Positions 31,101-46,700 are shown, counted from the stretch's first letter. The stretch is 64,000 bases of DNA from Eledone cirrhosa (GCA_964016885.1 OZ024752.1:17670001-17734000); one strand, 5' to 3'. A program made the numbers and translations. Notes: generated from the letters alone by a model not told the origin.

Positions 31101-34100
31101 CTACAACTCCACCATTCTAACTCCTTCTTATATGGTGTACAACTCCACCATTCTAATTGCTTCTTATATGGTCTACAACTCCACAATTCTAACTCTTTCT
31201 TATATGGTCTACACCTCCACCATTCTAACTCCTTCTGATATGGTCTACAACTCCACCATTCTAAATCCTTCTTATATGGTCTACAACTCCACCATTCTAC
31301 TTCCTTCTTATATGGTCTACAACTCCACTATTCTAACTCATTCTTATATGGTCTACAACTCCACAATTCTAATTCCTTCTTATATGGTCTACAACTCCAC
31401 CATTCTAATTCCTTCTTATATGGTCTACAACTCCACCATTCTAACGCCTTCTTATATGGTCTACAACTCCACCATTCTAACTCCTTCTTATATGGTCTAC
31501 AACTCCACCATTCTAACTCCTTCTTATATGGTCTACAACTGCACCATTCTAACTCCTTCTTATATGGTCTACAACTCCACCATTCTAACTCCTTCTTATA
31601 TGGTCTACAACTCCACCATTCTAATTCCTTCTTATATGGTCTACAACTGCACCATTCTAACTCCTTCTTATATGGTCTACAACTCCACCATTCTAACTCC
31701 TTCTTATATGGTGTACAACTCCACCATTCTAACTCCTTCTTATATGGTGTACAACTCCACCATTCTAATTCCTTCTTATATGGTCTACAACTCCACCATT
31801 CTAATTCCTTCTTATATGGTCTACAACTCCACCATTCTAACTCCTTCTTATATGGTCTACAACTCCACCATTCTAACTCCTTCTTATATGGTGTACAACT
31901 CAACCATTCTAATTGCTTCTTATATGGTCTACAACTCCACCATTACCATTCTAACTCTTTCTTATATGGTCTACAACTCCACCATTCTAACTCCATCTTT
32001 TATGGTCTACAACTCCACCATTCTAAATCCTTCTTATATGGTCTACAACTCCACCATTCTAATTCCTTCTTATATGGTCTACAACTCCACTATTCTAACT
32101 CATTCTTATATGGTCTACAACTCCACCATTCTAACTCCTTCTTATATGGTGTACACCTCCACCATTCTAATTCCTTCTTATATGGTCTACAACTCCACCA
32201 TTCTAACTCCTTCTTATATGGTCTACAACTCCCCCATTCTAATTCCTTCTCATATGGTCTACAACTACACTATTCTAACTCCTTCTTATATGGTCTACAA
32301 CTCCACCATTCTAATTCCTTCTTATATGGTCTATAACTCCACCATTCTAACTCCTTCATATATGGTCTACAACTCCACCATTCTAACTCCTTCTTATATG
32401 GTCTACAACTCCACCATTCTATCTCCTTCTTATATGGTCTACAACTCCACCATGCTAACTCCTTCTTATATGGTCTACAACTCTACCATTCTAACTCATT
32501 CTTATATGTTCTACAACTCCACCATTCTAACTCCTTCTTATATGGTCTACAACTCCACCATTCTAACTCCTTCTTATTTGGTCTACAACTCCACCATTCT
32601 AACTCCTTCTTATATGGTGTACAACTCCACCATTCTAACTCCTTCTTATATGGTCTACAACTCCACCATTCTAACTCCTTCTTATATGGTCTACAACTCC
32701 ACCATTCTAATTCTTTCATATATGTGTACAACTCCACCATTCTAACTCCTTCTTATATGGTCTACAACTTCACCATTCTAACTCCTTCTTATATGGTCTA
32801 CAACTCAACCATTCTAACTCCTTCTTATATGGTGTACAACTCCACCATTCTAAGTCCTTCTTATATGGTGTACAACTCCACCATTCTAACTCCTTCATAT
32901 ATGGTCTACAACTCCACCATTCTAACTCCTTCTTATATGGTGTACAACTCCACCATTCTAATTGCTTCTTATATGGTCTACAACTCCACAATTCTAACTC
33001 TTTCTTATATGGTCTACACCTCCACCATTCTAACTCCTTCTGATATGGTCTACAACTCCACCATTCTAAATCCTTCTTATATGGTCTACAACTCCACCAT
33101 TCTACTTCCTTCTTATATGGTCTACAACTCCACTATTCTAACTCATTCCTATATGGTCTACAACTCCACAATTCTAATTCCTTCTTATATGGTCTACAAC
33201 TCCACCATTCTAATTCCTTCTTATATGGTCTACAACTCCACCATTCTAACGCCTTCTTATATGGTCTACAACTCCACCATTCTAACTCCTTCTTATATGG
33301 TCTACAACTCCACCATTCTAACTCCTTCTTATATGGTCTACAACTGCACCATTCTAACTCCTTCTTATATGGTCTACAACTCCACCATTCTAACTCCTTC
33401 TTATATGGTCTACAACTCCACCATTCTAATTCCTTCTTATATGGTCTACAACTGCACCATTCTAACTCCTTCTTATATGGTCTACAACTCCACCATTCTA
33501 ACTCCTTCTTATATGGTGTACAACTCCACCATTCTAACTCCTTCTTATATGGTGTACAACTCCACCATTCTAATTCCTTCTTATATGGTCTACAACTCCA
33601 CCATTCTAATTCCTTCTTATATGGTCTACAACTCCACCATTCTAACTCCTTCTTATATGGTCTACAACTCCACCATTCTAACTCCTTCTTATATGGTGTA
33701 CAACTCCACCATCCTAAGTCCTTCTTATATGGTGTACAACTCCACCATTCTAACTCCTTCATATATGGTCTACAACTCCACCATTCTAACTCCTTCTTAT
33801 ATGGTGTACAACTCAACCATTCTAATTGCTTCTTATATGGTCTACAACTCCACCATTACCATTCTAACTCTTTCTTATATGGTCTACAACTCCACCATTC
33901 TAACTCCATCTTTTATGGTCTACAACTCCACCATTCTAAATCCTTCTTATATGGTCTACAACTCCACCATTCTAATTCCTTCTTATATGGTCTACAACTC
34001 CACTATTCTAACTCATTCTTATATGGTCTACAACTCCACCATTCTAATTCCTTCTTATATGGTCTACAACTCCACCATTCTAACTCCTTCTTATATGGTC

Positions 34101-37100
34101 TACAACTCCACCATTCTAATGCCTTCTTATATGGTGTACGACTCCACCATTCTAACTCCTTCCTATGTGGTCTACAACTCCACCATTCTTACTCCTTTTT
34201 ATATGGTGTACAACTCCACCATTCTAATTCCTTCTTATATGGTCTACAACTCCACCATTCTAACTCCTTCATATATGGTCTACAACTCCACCATTCTAAC
34301 TCCTTCTTATATGGTCTACAACTCCACCATTCTAATTCCTTCTTATATGGTCTACAACTCCACCATTCTAATTCCTTCTTATATGGTCTACAACTCCACC
34401 ATTCTAACGCCTTCTTATATGGTCTACAACTCCACCATTCTAACGCCTTCTTATATGGTGTACAACTCCACCATTCTAATTCCTTCTTATATGGTCTACA
34501 ACTCCACCATTCTAACTCCTTCTTATATGGTCTACAACTCCACCATTCTAACTCCTTCTTATATGGTCTACAACTCCACCATTCTAATTCCTTCTTATAT
34601 GGTCTACAACTCCCCCATTCTAATTCCTTCTTATATGGTCTACAACTCCACCATTCTAATTCCTTCTTATATGGTCTACAACTCCACCATTCTAACTCCT
34701 TCTTATATGGTCTACAACTCCACCATTCTAACTCCTTCTTATATGGTCTACAACTGCACCATTCTAACTCCTTCTTATATGTTCTACAACTCCACCATTC
34801 TAACTCCTTCTTATATGGTGTACATCTCCACCATTCTAACTCCTTCTTATATGGTGTACAACTCCACCATTCTAATTCCTTCTTATATGGTCTACAACTC
34901 CACCATTCTAATTCCTTCTTATATGGTCTACAACTCCACCATTCTAACTCCTTCTTATATGGTGTACACCTCCACCATTCTAATTCCTTCTTATATGGTC
35001 TACAACTCCACCATTCTAACTCCTTCTTATATGGTCTACAACTCCCCCATTCTAATTCCTTCTTATATGGTCTACAACTACACTATTCTAACTCCTTCTT
35101 ATATGGTCTACAACTCCACCATTCTAATTCCTTCTTATATGGTCTATAACTCCACCATTCTAACTCCTTCTTATATGGTCTACAACTCCACCATTCTAAC
35201 TCCTTCTTATATGGTGTACAACTCCACCATTCTAACTCCTTCTTATATGGTCTACAACTCCACCATTCTAACTCCTTCTTATATGGTCTACAACTCCACC
35301 ATTCTAATTCCTTCATATATGTGTACAACTCCACCATTCTAACTCCTTCTTATATGGTCTACAACTTCACCATTCTAACTCCTTCTTATATGGTCTACAA
35401 CTCAACCATTCTAACTCCTTCTTATATGGTGTACAACTCCACCATTCTAAGTCCTTCTTATATGGTGTACAACTCCACCATTCTAACTCCTTCATATATG
35501 GTCTACAACTCCACCATTCTAACTCCTTCTTATATGGTGTACAACTCCACCATTCTAATTGCTTCTTATATGGTCTACAACTCCACAATTCTAACTCTTT
35601 CTTATATGGTCTACACCTCCACCATTCTAACTCCTTCTGATATGGTCTACAACTCCACCATTCTAAATCCTTCTTATATGGTCTACAACTCCACCATTCT
35701 ACTTCCTTCTTATATGGTCTACAACTCCACTATTCTAACTCCTTCTTATATGGTCTACAACTCCACCATTCTAACTCCTTCTTATATGGTCTACAACTGC
35801 ACCATTCTAACTCCTTCTTATATGGTCTACAACTCCACCATTCTAACTCCTTCTTATATGGTCTACAACTCCACCATTCTAATTCCTTCTTATATGGTCT
35901 ACAACTGCACCATTCTAACTCCTTCTTATATGGTCTACAACTCCACCATTCTAACTCCTTCTTATATGGTGTACAACTCCACCATTCTAACTCCTTCTTA
36001 TATGGTGTACAACTCCACCATTCTAATTCCTTCTTATATGGTCTACAACTCCACCATTCTAATTCCTTCTTATATGGTCTACAACTCCACCATTCTAACT
36101 CCTTCTTATATGGTCTACAACTCCACCATTCTAACTCCTTCTTATATGGTGTACAACTCCACCATCCTAAGTCCTTCTTATATGGTGTACAACTCCACCA
36201 TTCTAACTCCTTCATATATGGTCTACAACTCCACCATTCTAACTCCTTCTTATATGGTGTACAACTCAACCATTCTAATTGCTTCTTATATGGTCTACAA
36301 CTCCACCATTACCATTCTAACTCTTTCTTATATGGTCTACAACTCCACCATTCTAACTCCATCTTTTATGGTCTACAACTCCACCATTCTAAATCCTTCT
36401 TATATGGTCTACAACTCCACCATTCTAATTCCTTCTTATATGGTCTACAACTCCACTATTCTAACTCATTCTTATATGGTCTACAACTCCACCATTCTAA
36501 TTCCTTCTTATATGGTCTACAACTCCACCATTCTAACTCCTTCTTATATGGTCTACAACTCCACCATTCTAATGCCTTCTTATATGGTGTACGACTCCAC
36601 CATTCTAACTCCTTCCTATGTGGTCTACAACTCCACCATTCTTACTCCTTTTTATATGGTGTACAACTCCACCATTCTAATTCCTTCTTATATGGTCTAC
36701 AACTCCACCATTCTAACTCCTTCATATATGGTCTACAACTCCACCATTCTAACTCCTTCTTATATGGTCTACAACTCCACCATTCTAATTCCTTCTTATA
36801 TGGTCTACAACTCCACCATTCTAATTCCTTCTTATATGGTCTACAACTCCACCATTCTAACGCCTTCTTATATGGTCTACAACTCCACCATTCTAACGCC
36901 TTCTTATATGGTGTACAACTCCACCATTCTAATTCCTTCTTATATGGTCTACAACTCCACCATTCTAACTCCTTCTTATATGGTCTACAACTCCACCATT
37001 CTAACTCCTTCTTATATGGTCTACAACTCCACCATTCTAATTCCTTCTTATATGGTCTACAACTCCCCCATTCTAATTCCTTCTTATATGGTCTACAACT

Positions 37101-37773
37101 CCACCATTCTAATTCCTTCTTATATGGTCTACAACTCCACCATTCTAACTCCTTCTTATATGGTCTACAACTCCACCATTCTAACTCCTTCTTATATGGT
37201 CTACAACTGCACCATTCTAACTCCTTCTTATATGTTCTACAACTCCACCATTCTAACTCCTTCTTATATGGTGTACATCTCCACCATTCTAACTCCTTCT
37301 TATATGGTGTACAACTCCACCATTCTAATTCCTTCTTATATGGTCTACAACTCCACCATTCTAATTCCTTCTTATATGGTCTACAACTCCACCATTCTAA
37401 CTCCTTCTTATATGGTGTACACCTCCACCATTCTAATTCCTTCTTATATGGTCTACAACTCCACCATTCTAACTCCTTCTTATATGGTCTACAACTCCCC
37501 CATTCTAATTCCTTCTTATATGGTCTACAACTACACTATTCTAACTCCTTCTTATATGGTCTACAACTCCACCATTCTAATTCCTTCTTATATGGTCTAT
37601 AACTCCACCATTCTAACTCCTTCTTATATGGTCTACAACTCCACCATTCTAACTCCTTCTTATATGGTGTACAACTCCACCATTCTAACTCCTTCTTATA
37701 TGGTCTACAACTCCACCATTCTAACTCCTTCTTATATGGTCTACAACTCCACCATTCTAATTCCTTCATATAT
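13200..37773. repeat. Central higher-order domain of variable-length units delimited by the 35-bp deletion monomer (…CATATATGTGTACAAC…)
   Basis: The deletion monomer is at 15031, 18915, 23384, 30919, 32724, 35321 and 37774 (spacings 3884, 4469, 7535, 1805, 2597, 2453). Domain-specific markers are the ACCATTACCATT 42-bp monomer and the GTGTACGAC variant. TAA stops at 16978 and 20862 are 3884 apart. Confidence 0.85.
32724..37773. repeat. Recent tandem duplication of a 72-monomer unit and a 68-monomer unit (2597 bp + 2453 bp)
   Basis: The 872-aa and 824-aa translations appear identical apart from 48 aa (4 monomers). They share the private variant CTAATGCC near 34120 and 36573. Confidence 0.9.
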
Positions 37774-40700
37774 GTGTACAACTCCACCATTCTAACTCCT
37801 TCTTATATGGTCTACAACTTCACCATTCTAACTCCTTCTTATATGGTCTACAACTCAACCATTCTAACTCCTTCTTATATGGTGTACAACTCCACCATTC
37901 TAAGTCCTTCTTATATGGTGTACAACTCCACCATTCTAACTCCTTCATATATGGTCTACAACTCCACCATTCTAACTCCTTCTTATATGGTGTACAACTC
38001 CACCATTCTAATTGCTTCTTATATGGTCTACAACTCCACAATTCTAACTCTTTCTTATATGGTCTACACCTCCACCATTCTAACTCCTTCTGATATGGTC
38101 TACAACTCCACCATTCTAAATCCTTCTTATATGGTCTACAACTCCACCATTCTACTTCCTTCTTATATGGTCTACAACTCCACTATTCTAACTCATTCTT
38201 ATATGGTCTACAACTCCACAATTCTAATTCCTTCTTATATGGTCTACAACTCCACCATTCTAATTCCTTCTTATATGGTCTACAACTCCACCATTCTAAC
38301 GCCTTCTTATATGGTCTACAACTCCACCATTCTAACGCCTTCTTATATGGTGTACAACTCCACCATTCTAATTCCTTCTTATATGGGCTACAACTCCACC
38401 ATTCTAACTCCATCTTATATGGTCTACAACTCCACCATTCTAACTCCTTCTTATATGGTCTACAACTCCACCATTCTAATTCCTTCTTATATGGTCTACA
38501 ACTCCAACATTCTAATTCCTTCTTATATGGTCTACAACTCCACCATTCTAATTCCTTCTTATATGGTCTACAACTCCACCATTCTAACTCCTTCTTATAT
38601 GGTCTACAACTCCACCATTCTAACTCCTTCTTATATGGTCTACAACTGCATCATTCTAACTCCTTCTTATATGGTCTACAACTCCACCATTCTAACTCCT
38701 TCTTATATGGTGTACAACTCCACCATTCTAACTCCTTCTTATATGGTGTACAACTCCACCATTCAAATTCCTTCTTATATGGTCTACAACTCCACCATTC
38801 TAATTCCTTCTTATATGGTCTACAACTCCACCATGCTAACTCCTTCTTATATGGTGTACAACTCCACCATTCTAATTCCTTCTTATATGGTCTACAACTC
38901 CACCATTCTAACTCCTTCTTATATGGTCTACAACTCCACCATTCTAACTCCTTCTTATATGGTCTACAACTGCACCATTCTAACTCCTTCTTATATGGTC
39001 TACAACTCCACCATTCTAACTCCTTCTTATATGGTCTACAACTCCACCATTCTAACTCCTTCTTATATGGTCTACAACTGCACCATTCTAACTCCTTCTT
39101 ATATGGTCTACAACTCCACCATTCTAACTCCTTCTTATATGGTGTACAACTCCACCATTCTAACTCCTTCTTATATGGTGTACAACTCCACCATTCTAAT
39201 TCCTTCTTATATGGTCTACAACTCCACCATTCTAACTCCTTCTTATATGGTGTACAACTCCACCATTCTAATTCCTTCTTATATGGTCTACAACTCCACC
39301 ATTCTAATTCCTTCTTATATGGTCTACAACTCCACCCTTCTAACTCCTTCATATATGGTCTACAACTCCACCATTCTAACTCCTTCTTATATGGTCTACA
39401 ACTCCACCATTCTATCTCCTTCTTATATGGTCTACAACTCCACCATGCTAACTCCCTCTTATATGGTCTACAACTCTACCATTCTAACTCATTCCTATAT
39501 GTTCTACAACTCCACCATTCTAACTCCTTCTTATATGGTCTACAACTCCACCATACTAACTCCTTCTTATATGGTCTACAACTCCACCATTCTAACTCCT
39601 TCTTATATGGTGTACAACTCCACTATTCTAACTCCTTATTATATGGTCTACAACTCCACCATTCTAACTCCTTCTTATATGGTGTACAACTCCACCATTC
39701 TAACTCCTTCTTATATGGTGTACAACTCCACCATTCTAATTCCTTCTTATTTGGTCTACAACTCCACCATTCTAACTCCTTCTTATGTGGTCTACAACTC
39801 CCCCATTCTAATTCGTTCTTATATGGTCTACAACTACACTATTCTAACTCCATCTTATATGGTCTACAACTCCACCATTCTAATTCCTTCTTATATGGTC
39901 TACAACTCCACCATTCTAACTCCTTCTTATATGGTCTACAACTCCACCATTCTAATTCCTTCTTATATGGTCTACAACTCCACCATTCTAATTCCTTCTT
40001 ATATGGTCTACAACTCCACCATTCTAACGCCTTCTTATATGGTCTACAACTCCACCATTCTAACGCCTTCTTATATGGTGTACAACTCCACCATTCTAAT
40101 TCCTTCTTATATGGTCTACAACTCCACCATTCTAACTCCTTCTTATATGGTCTACAACTCCACCATTCTAACTCCTTCTTATATGGTCTACAACTCCACC
40201 ATTCTAACTCCTTCTTATATGGTCTACAACTGCACCATTCTAACTCCTTCTTATATGGTCTACAACTCCACCATTCTAACTCCTTCTTATATGGTGTACA
40301 TCTCCACCATTCTAACTCCTTCTTATATGGTGTACAACTCCACCATTCTAATTCCTTCTTATATGGTCTACAACTCCACCATTCTAATTCCTTCTTATAT
40401 GGTCTACAACTCCACCATTCTAACTCCTTCTTATATGGTGTACACCTCCACCATTCTAATTCCTTCTTATATGGTCTACAACTCCACCATTCTAACTCCT
40501 TCTTATATGGTCTACAACTCCCCCATTCTAATTCCTTCTTATATGGTCTACAACTACACTATTCTAACTCCTTCTTATATGGTCTACAACTCCACCATTC
40601 TAATTCCTTCTTATATGGTCTATAACTCCACCATTCTAACTCCTTCATATATGGTCTACAACTCCACCATTCTAACTCCTTCTTATATGGTCTACAACTC

Positions 40701-43700
40701 CACCATTCTATCTCCTTCTTATATGGTCTACAACTCCACCATGCTAACTCCTTCTTATATGGTCTACAACTCTACCATTCTAACTCATTCTTATATGTTC
40801 TACAACTCCACCATTCTAACTCCTTCTTATATGGTCTACAACTCAACCATTCTAACTCCTTCTTATATGGTGTACAACTCCACCATTCTAAGTCCTTCTT
40901 ATATGGTGTACAACTCCACCATTCTAACTCCTTCATATATGGTCTACAACTCCACCATTCTAACTCCTTCTTATATGGTGTACAACTCCACCATTCTAAT
41001 TGCTTCTTATATGGTCTACAACTCCACCATTCTAACTCTTTTTTATATGGTCTACACCTCCACCATTCTAACTCCTTCTGATATGGTCTACAACTCCACC
41101 ATTCTAAATCCTTCTTATATGGTCTACAACTCCACCATTCTACTTCCTTCTTATATGGTCTACAACTCCACTATTCTAACTCATTCTTATATGGTCTACA
41201 ACTCCACCATTCTAATTCCTTCTTATATGGTCTACAACTCCACCAATCTAATTCCTTCTTATATGGTCTACAACTCCACCATTCTAATTCCTTCTTATAT
41301 GGTCTACAACTCCACCATTCTAACGCCTTCTTATATGGTCTACAACTCCACCATTCTAACGCCTTCTTATATGGTGTACAACTCCACCATTCTAATTCCT
41401 TCTTATATGGGCTACAACTCCACCATTCTAACTCCATCTTATATGGTCTACAACTCCACCATTCTAACTCCTTCTTATATGGTCTACAACTCCACCATTC
41501 TAATTCCTTCTTATATGGTCTACAACTCCACCATTCTAATTCCTTCTTATATGGTCTACAACTCCACCATTCTAACTCCTTCTTATATGGTCTACAACTC
41601 CACCATTCTAACTCCTTCTTATATGGTCTACAACTGCACCATTCTAACTCCTTCTTATATGGTCTACAACTCCACCATTCTAACTCCTTCTTATATGGTC
41701 TACAACTCCACCATTCTAACTCCTTCTTATATGGTGTACAACTCCACCATTCTAATTCCTTCTTATATGGTCTACAACTCCACCATTCTAACTCCTTCTT
41801 ATATGGTCTACAACTCCCCCATTCTAATTCTTTCTTATATGGTCTACAACTCCACCATTCTAACTCCTTCTTATATGGTCTACAAATCCACCATTCTAAC
41901 TCCTTCTTATATGGTCTACAACTGCACCATTCTAACTCCTTCTTATATGGTCTACAACTCCACCATTCTAACTCCTTCTTATATGGTCTACAACTCCACC
42001 ATTCTAACTCCTTCTTATATGGTCTACAACTGCACCATTCTAACTCCTTCTTATATGATCTACAACTCCACCATTCTAACTCCTTCTTATATGGTGTACA
42101 ACTCCACCATTCTAACTCCTTCTTATATGGTGTACAACTCCACCATTCTAATTCCTTCTTATATGGTCTACAACTCCACCATTCTAACTCCTTCTTATAT
42201 GGTGTACAACTCCACCATTCTAATTCCTTCTTATATGGTCTACAACTCCACCATTCTAATTCCTTCTTATATGGTCTACAACTCCACCCTTCTAACTCCT
42301 TCATATATGGTCTACAACTCCACCATTCTAACTCCTTCTTATATGGTCTACAACTCCACCATTCTATCTCCTTCTTATATGGTCTACAACTCCACCATGC
42401 TAACTCCCTCTTATATGGTCTACAACTCTACCATTCTAACTCATTCCTATATGTTCTACAACTCCACCATTCTAACTCCTTCTTATATGGTCTACAACTC
42501 CACCATACTAACTCCTTCTTATATGGTCTACAACTCCACCATTCTAATTCCTTCTTATATGGTCTACAACTCCACCATTCTAACTCCTTCTTATATGGTC
42601 TACAACTCCACCATTCTAACTCCTTCTTATATGGTCTACAAATCCACCATTCTAATTCCTTCTTATATGGTCTACAACTCCCCCATTCTAATTCCTTCTT
42701 ATCTGGTCTACAACTCCACCATTCTAATTCCTTCTTATATGGTCTACAACTCCACCATTCTAACTCCTTCTTATATGGTCTACAACTCCACCATTCTAAC
42801 TCCTTCTTATATGGTCTACAACTGCACCATTCTAACTCCTTCTTATATGGTCTACAACTCCACCATTCTAACTCCTTCTTATATGGTGTACATCTCCACC
42901 ATTCTAACTCCTTCTTATATGGTGTACAACTCCACCATTCTAATTCCTTCTTATATGGTCTACAACTCCACCATTCTAATTCCTTCTTATATGGTCTACA
43001 ACTCCACCATTCTAACTCCTTCTTATATGGTGTACACCTCCACCATTCTAATTCCTTCTTATATGGTCTACAACTCCACCATTCTAACTCCTTCTTATAT
43101 GGTCTACAACTCCCCCATTCTAATTCCTTCTTATATGGTCTACAACTACACTATTCTAACTCCTTCTTATATGGTCTACAACTCCACCATTCTAATTCCT
43201 TCTTATATGGTCTACAACTCCACCATTCTAACTCCTTCATATATGGTCTACAACTCCACCATTCTAACTCCTTCTTATATGGTCTACAACTCCACCATTC
43301 TATCTCCTTCTTATATGGTCAACAACTCCACCATGCTAACTCCTTCTTATATGGTCTACAACTCTACCATTCTAACTCATTCTTATATGTTCTACAACTC
43401 CACCATTCTAACTCCTTCTTATATGGTTTACAACTCCACCATTCTAACTCCTTCTTATATGGTCTACAACTCCACCATTCTAACTCCTTCTTATATGGTG
43501 TACAACTCCACCATTCTAACTCCTTCTTATATGGTCTACAACTCCACCATTCTAACTCCTTCTTATATGGTCTACAACTTCACCATTCTAACTCCTTCTT
43601 ATATGGTCTACAACTCAACCATTCTAACTCCTTCTTATATGGTGTACAACTCCACCATTCTAACTCCTTCATATATGGTCTACAACTCCACCATTCTAAC

Positions 43701-46700
43701 TCCTTCTTATATGGTGTACAACTCCACCATTCTAATTGCTTCTTATATGGTCTACAACTCCACCATTCTAACTCTTTCTTATATGGTCTACACCTCCACC
43801 ATTCTAACTCCTTCTGATATGGTCTACAACTCCACCATTCTAAATCCTTCTTATATGGTCTACAACTCCACCATTCTACTTCCTTCTTATATGGTCTACA
43901 ACTCCACTATTCTAACTCATTCTTATATGGTCTACAACTCCACCATTCTAATTCCTTCTTATATGGTCTACAACTCCACCATTCTAATTCCTTCTTATAT
44001 GGTCTACAACTCCACCATTCTAATGCCTTCTTATATGGTCTACAACTCCACCATTCTAACGCCTTCTTATATGGTGTACAACTCCACCATTCTAATTCCT
44101 TCTTATATGGGCTACAACTCCACCTTTCTAACTCCATCTTATATGGTCTACAACTCCACCATTCTAACTCCTTCTTATATGGTCTACAACTCCACCATTC
44201 TAATTCCTTCTTATATGGTCTACAACTCCACCATTCTAATTCCTTCTTATATGGTCTACAACTCCACCATTCTAACTCCTTCTTATATGGTCTACAACTC
44301 CCCCATTCTAATTCTTTCTTATATGGTCTACAACTCCACCATTCTAACTCCTTCTTATATGATCTACAAATCCACCATTCTAACTCCTTCTTATATGGTC
44401 TACAACTGCACCATTCTAACTCCTTCTTATATGGTCTACAACTCCACCATTCTAACTCCTTCTTATATGGTCTACAACTCCACCATTCTAACTCCTTCTT
44501 ATATGGTCTACAACTGCACCATGCTAACTCCTTCTTATATGATCTACAACTCCACCATTCTAACTCCTTCTTATATGGTGTACAACTCCACCATTCTAAC
44601 TCCTTCTTATATGGTGTACAACTCCACCATTCTAATTCCTTCTTATATGGTCTACAACTCCACCATTCTAACTCCTTCTTATATGGTGTACAACTCCACC
44701 ATTCTAATTCCTTCTTATATGGTCTACAACTCCACCATTCTAATTCCTTCTTATATGGTCTACAACTCCACCCTTCTAACTCCTTCATATATGGTCTACA
44801 ACTCCACCATTCTAACTCCTTCTTATATGGTCTACAACTCCACCATTCTATCTCCTTCTTATATGGTCTACAACTCCACCATGCTAACTCCCTCTTATAT
44901 GGTCTACAACTCTACCATTCTAACTCATTCCTATATGTTCTACAACTCCACCATTCTAACTCCTTCTTATATGGTCTACAACTCCACCATACTAACTCCT
45001 TCTTATATGGTCTACAACTCCACCATTCTAACTCCTTCTTATATGGTGTACAACTCCACTATTCTAACTCCTTATTATATGGTCTACAACTCCACCATTC
45101 TAACTCCTTCTTATATGGTGTACAACTCCACCATTCTAACTCCTTCTTATATGGTGTACAACTCCACCATTCTAATTCCTTCTTATATGGTCTACAACTC
45201 CACCATTCTAACTCCTTCTTATATGGTGTACAACTCCACCATTCTAATTCCTTCTTATATGGTCTACAACTCCACCATTCTAATTCCTTCTTATATGGTC
45301 TACAACTCCACCCTTCTAACTCCTTCATATATGGTCTACAACTCCACCATTCTAACTCCTTCTTATATGGTCTACAACTCCACCATTCTATCTCCTTCTT
45401 ATATGGTCTACAACTCCACCATGCTAACTCCCTCTTATATGGTCTACAACTCTACCATTCTAACTCATTCCTATATGTTCTACAACTCCACCATTCTAAC
45501 TCCTTCTTATATGGTCTACAACTCCACCATACTAACTCCTTCTTATATGGTCTACAACTCCACCATTCTAACTCCTTCTTATATGGTGTACAACTCCACT
45601 ATTCTAACTCCTTATTATATGGTCTACAACTCCACCATTCTAACTCCTTCTTATATGGTGTACAACTCCACCATTCTAACTCCTTCTTATATGGTGTACA
45701 ACTCCACCATTCTAATTCCTTCTTATTTGGTCTACAACTCCACCATTCTAACTCCTTCTTATGTGGTCTACAACTCCCCCATTCTAATTCGTTCTTATAT
45801 GGTCTACAACTACACTATTCTAACTCCATCTTATATGGTCTACAACTCCACCATTCTAATTCCTTCTTATATGGTCTACAACTCCACCATTCTAACTCCT
45901 TCTTATATGGTCTACAACTCCACCATTCTAATTCCTTCTTATATGGTCTACAACTCCACCATTCTAATTCCTTCTTATATGGTCTACAACTCCACCATTC
46001 TAACGCCTTCTTATATGGTCTACAACTCCACCATTCTAACGCCTTCTTATATGGTGTACAACTCCACCATTCTAATTCCTTCTTATATGGTCTACAACTC
46101 CACCATTCTAACTCCTTCTTATATGGTCTACAACTCCACCATTCTAACTCCTTCTTATATGGTCTACAACTCCACCATTCTAACTCCTTCTTATATGGTC
46201 TACAACTGCACCATTCTAACTCCTTCTTATATGGTCTACAACTCCACCATTCTAACTCCTTCTTATATGGTGTACATCTCCACCATTCTAACTCCTTCTT
46301 ATATGGTGTACAACTCCACCATTCTAATTCCTTCTTATATGGTCTACAACTCCACCATTCTAATTCCTTCTCATATGGTCTACAACTCCACCATTCTAAC
46401 TCCTTCTTATATGGTGTACACCTCCACCATTCTAATTCCTTCTTATATGGTCTACAACTCCACCATTCTAACTCCTTCTTATATGGTCTACAACTCCCCC
46501 ATTCTAATTCCTTCTTATATGGTCTACAACTACACTATTCTAACTCCTTCTTATATGGTCTACAACTCCACCATTCTAATTCCTTCTTATATGGTCTATA
46601 ACTCCACCATTCTAACTCCTTCATATATGGTCTACAACTCCACCATTCTAACTCCTTCTTATATGGTCTACAACTCCACCATTCTATCTCCTTCTTATAT

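Noticed and set aside
32724-45400. Nucleosome-sized steps (144, 180 and 540 bp indels or duplications)
   Set aside because: Any in-register event is a multiple of 36 and many other multiples occur. There are too few events to claim a preference.
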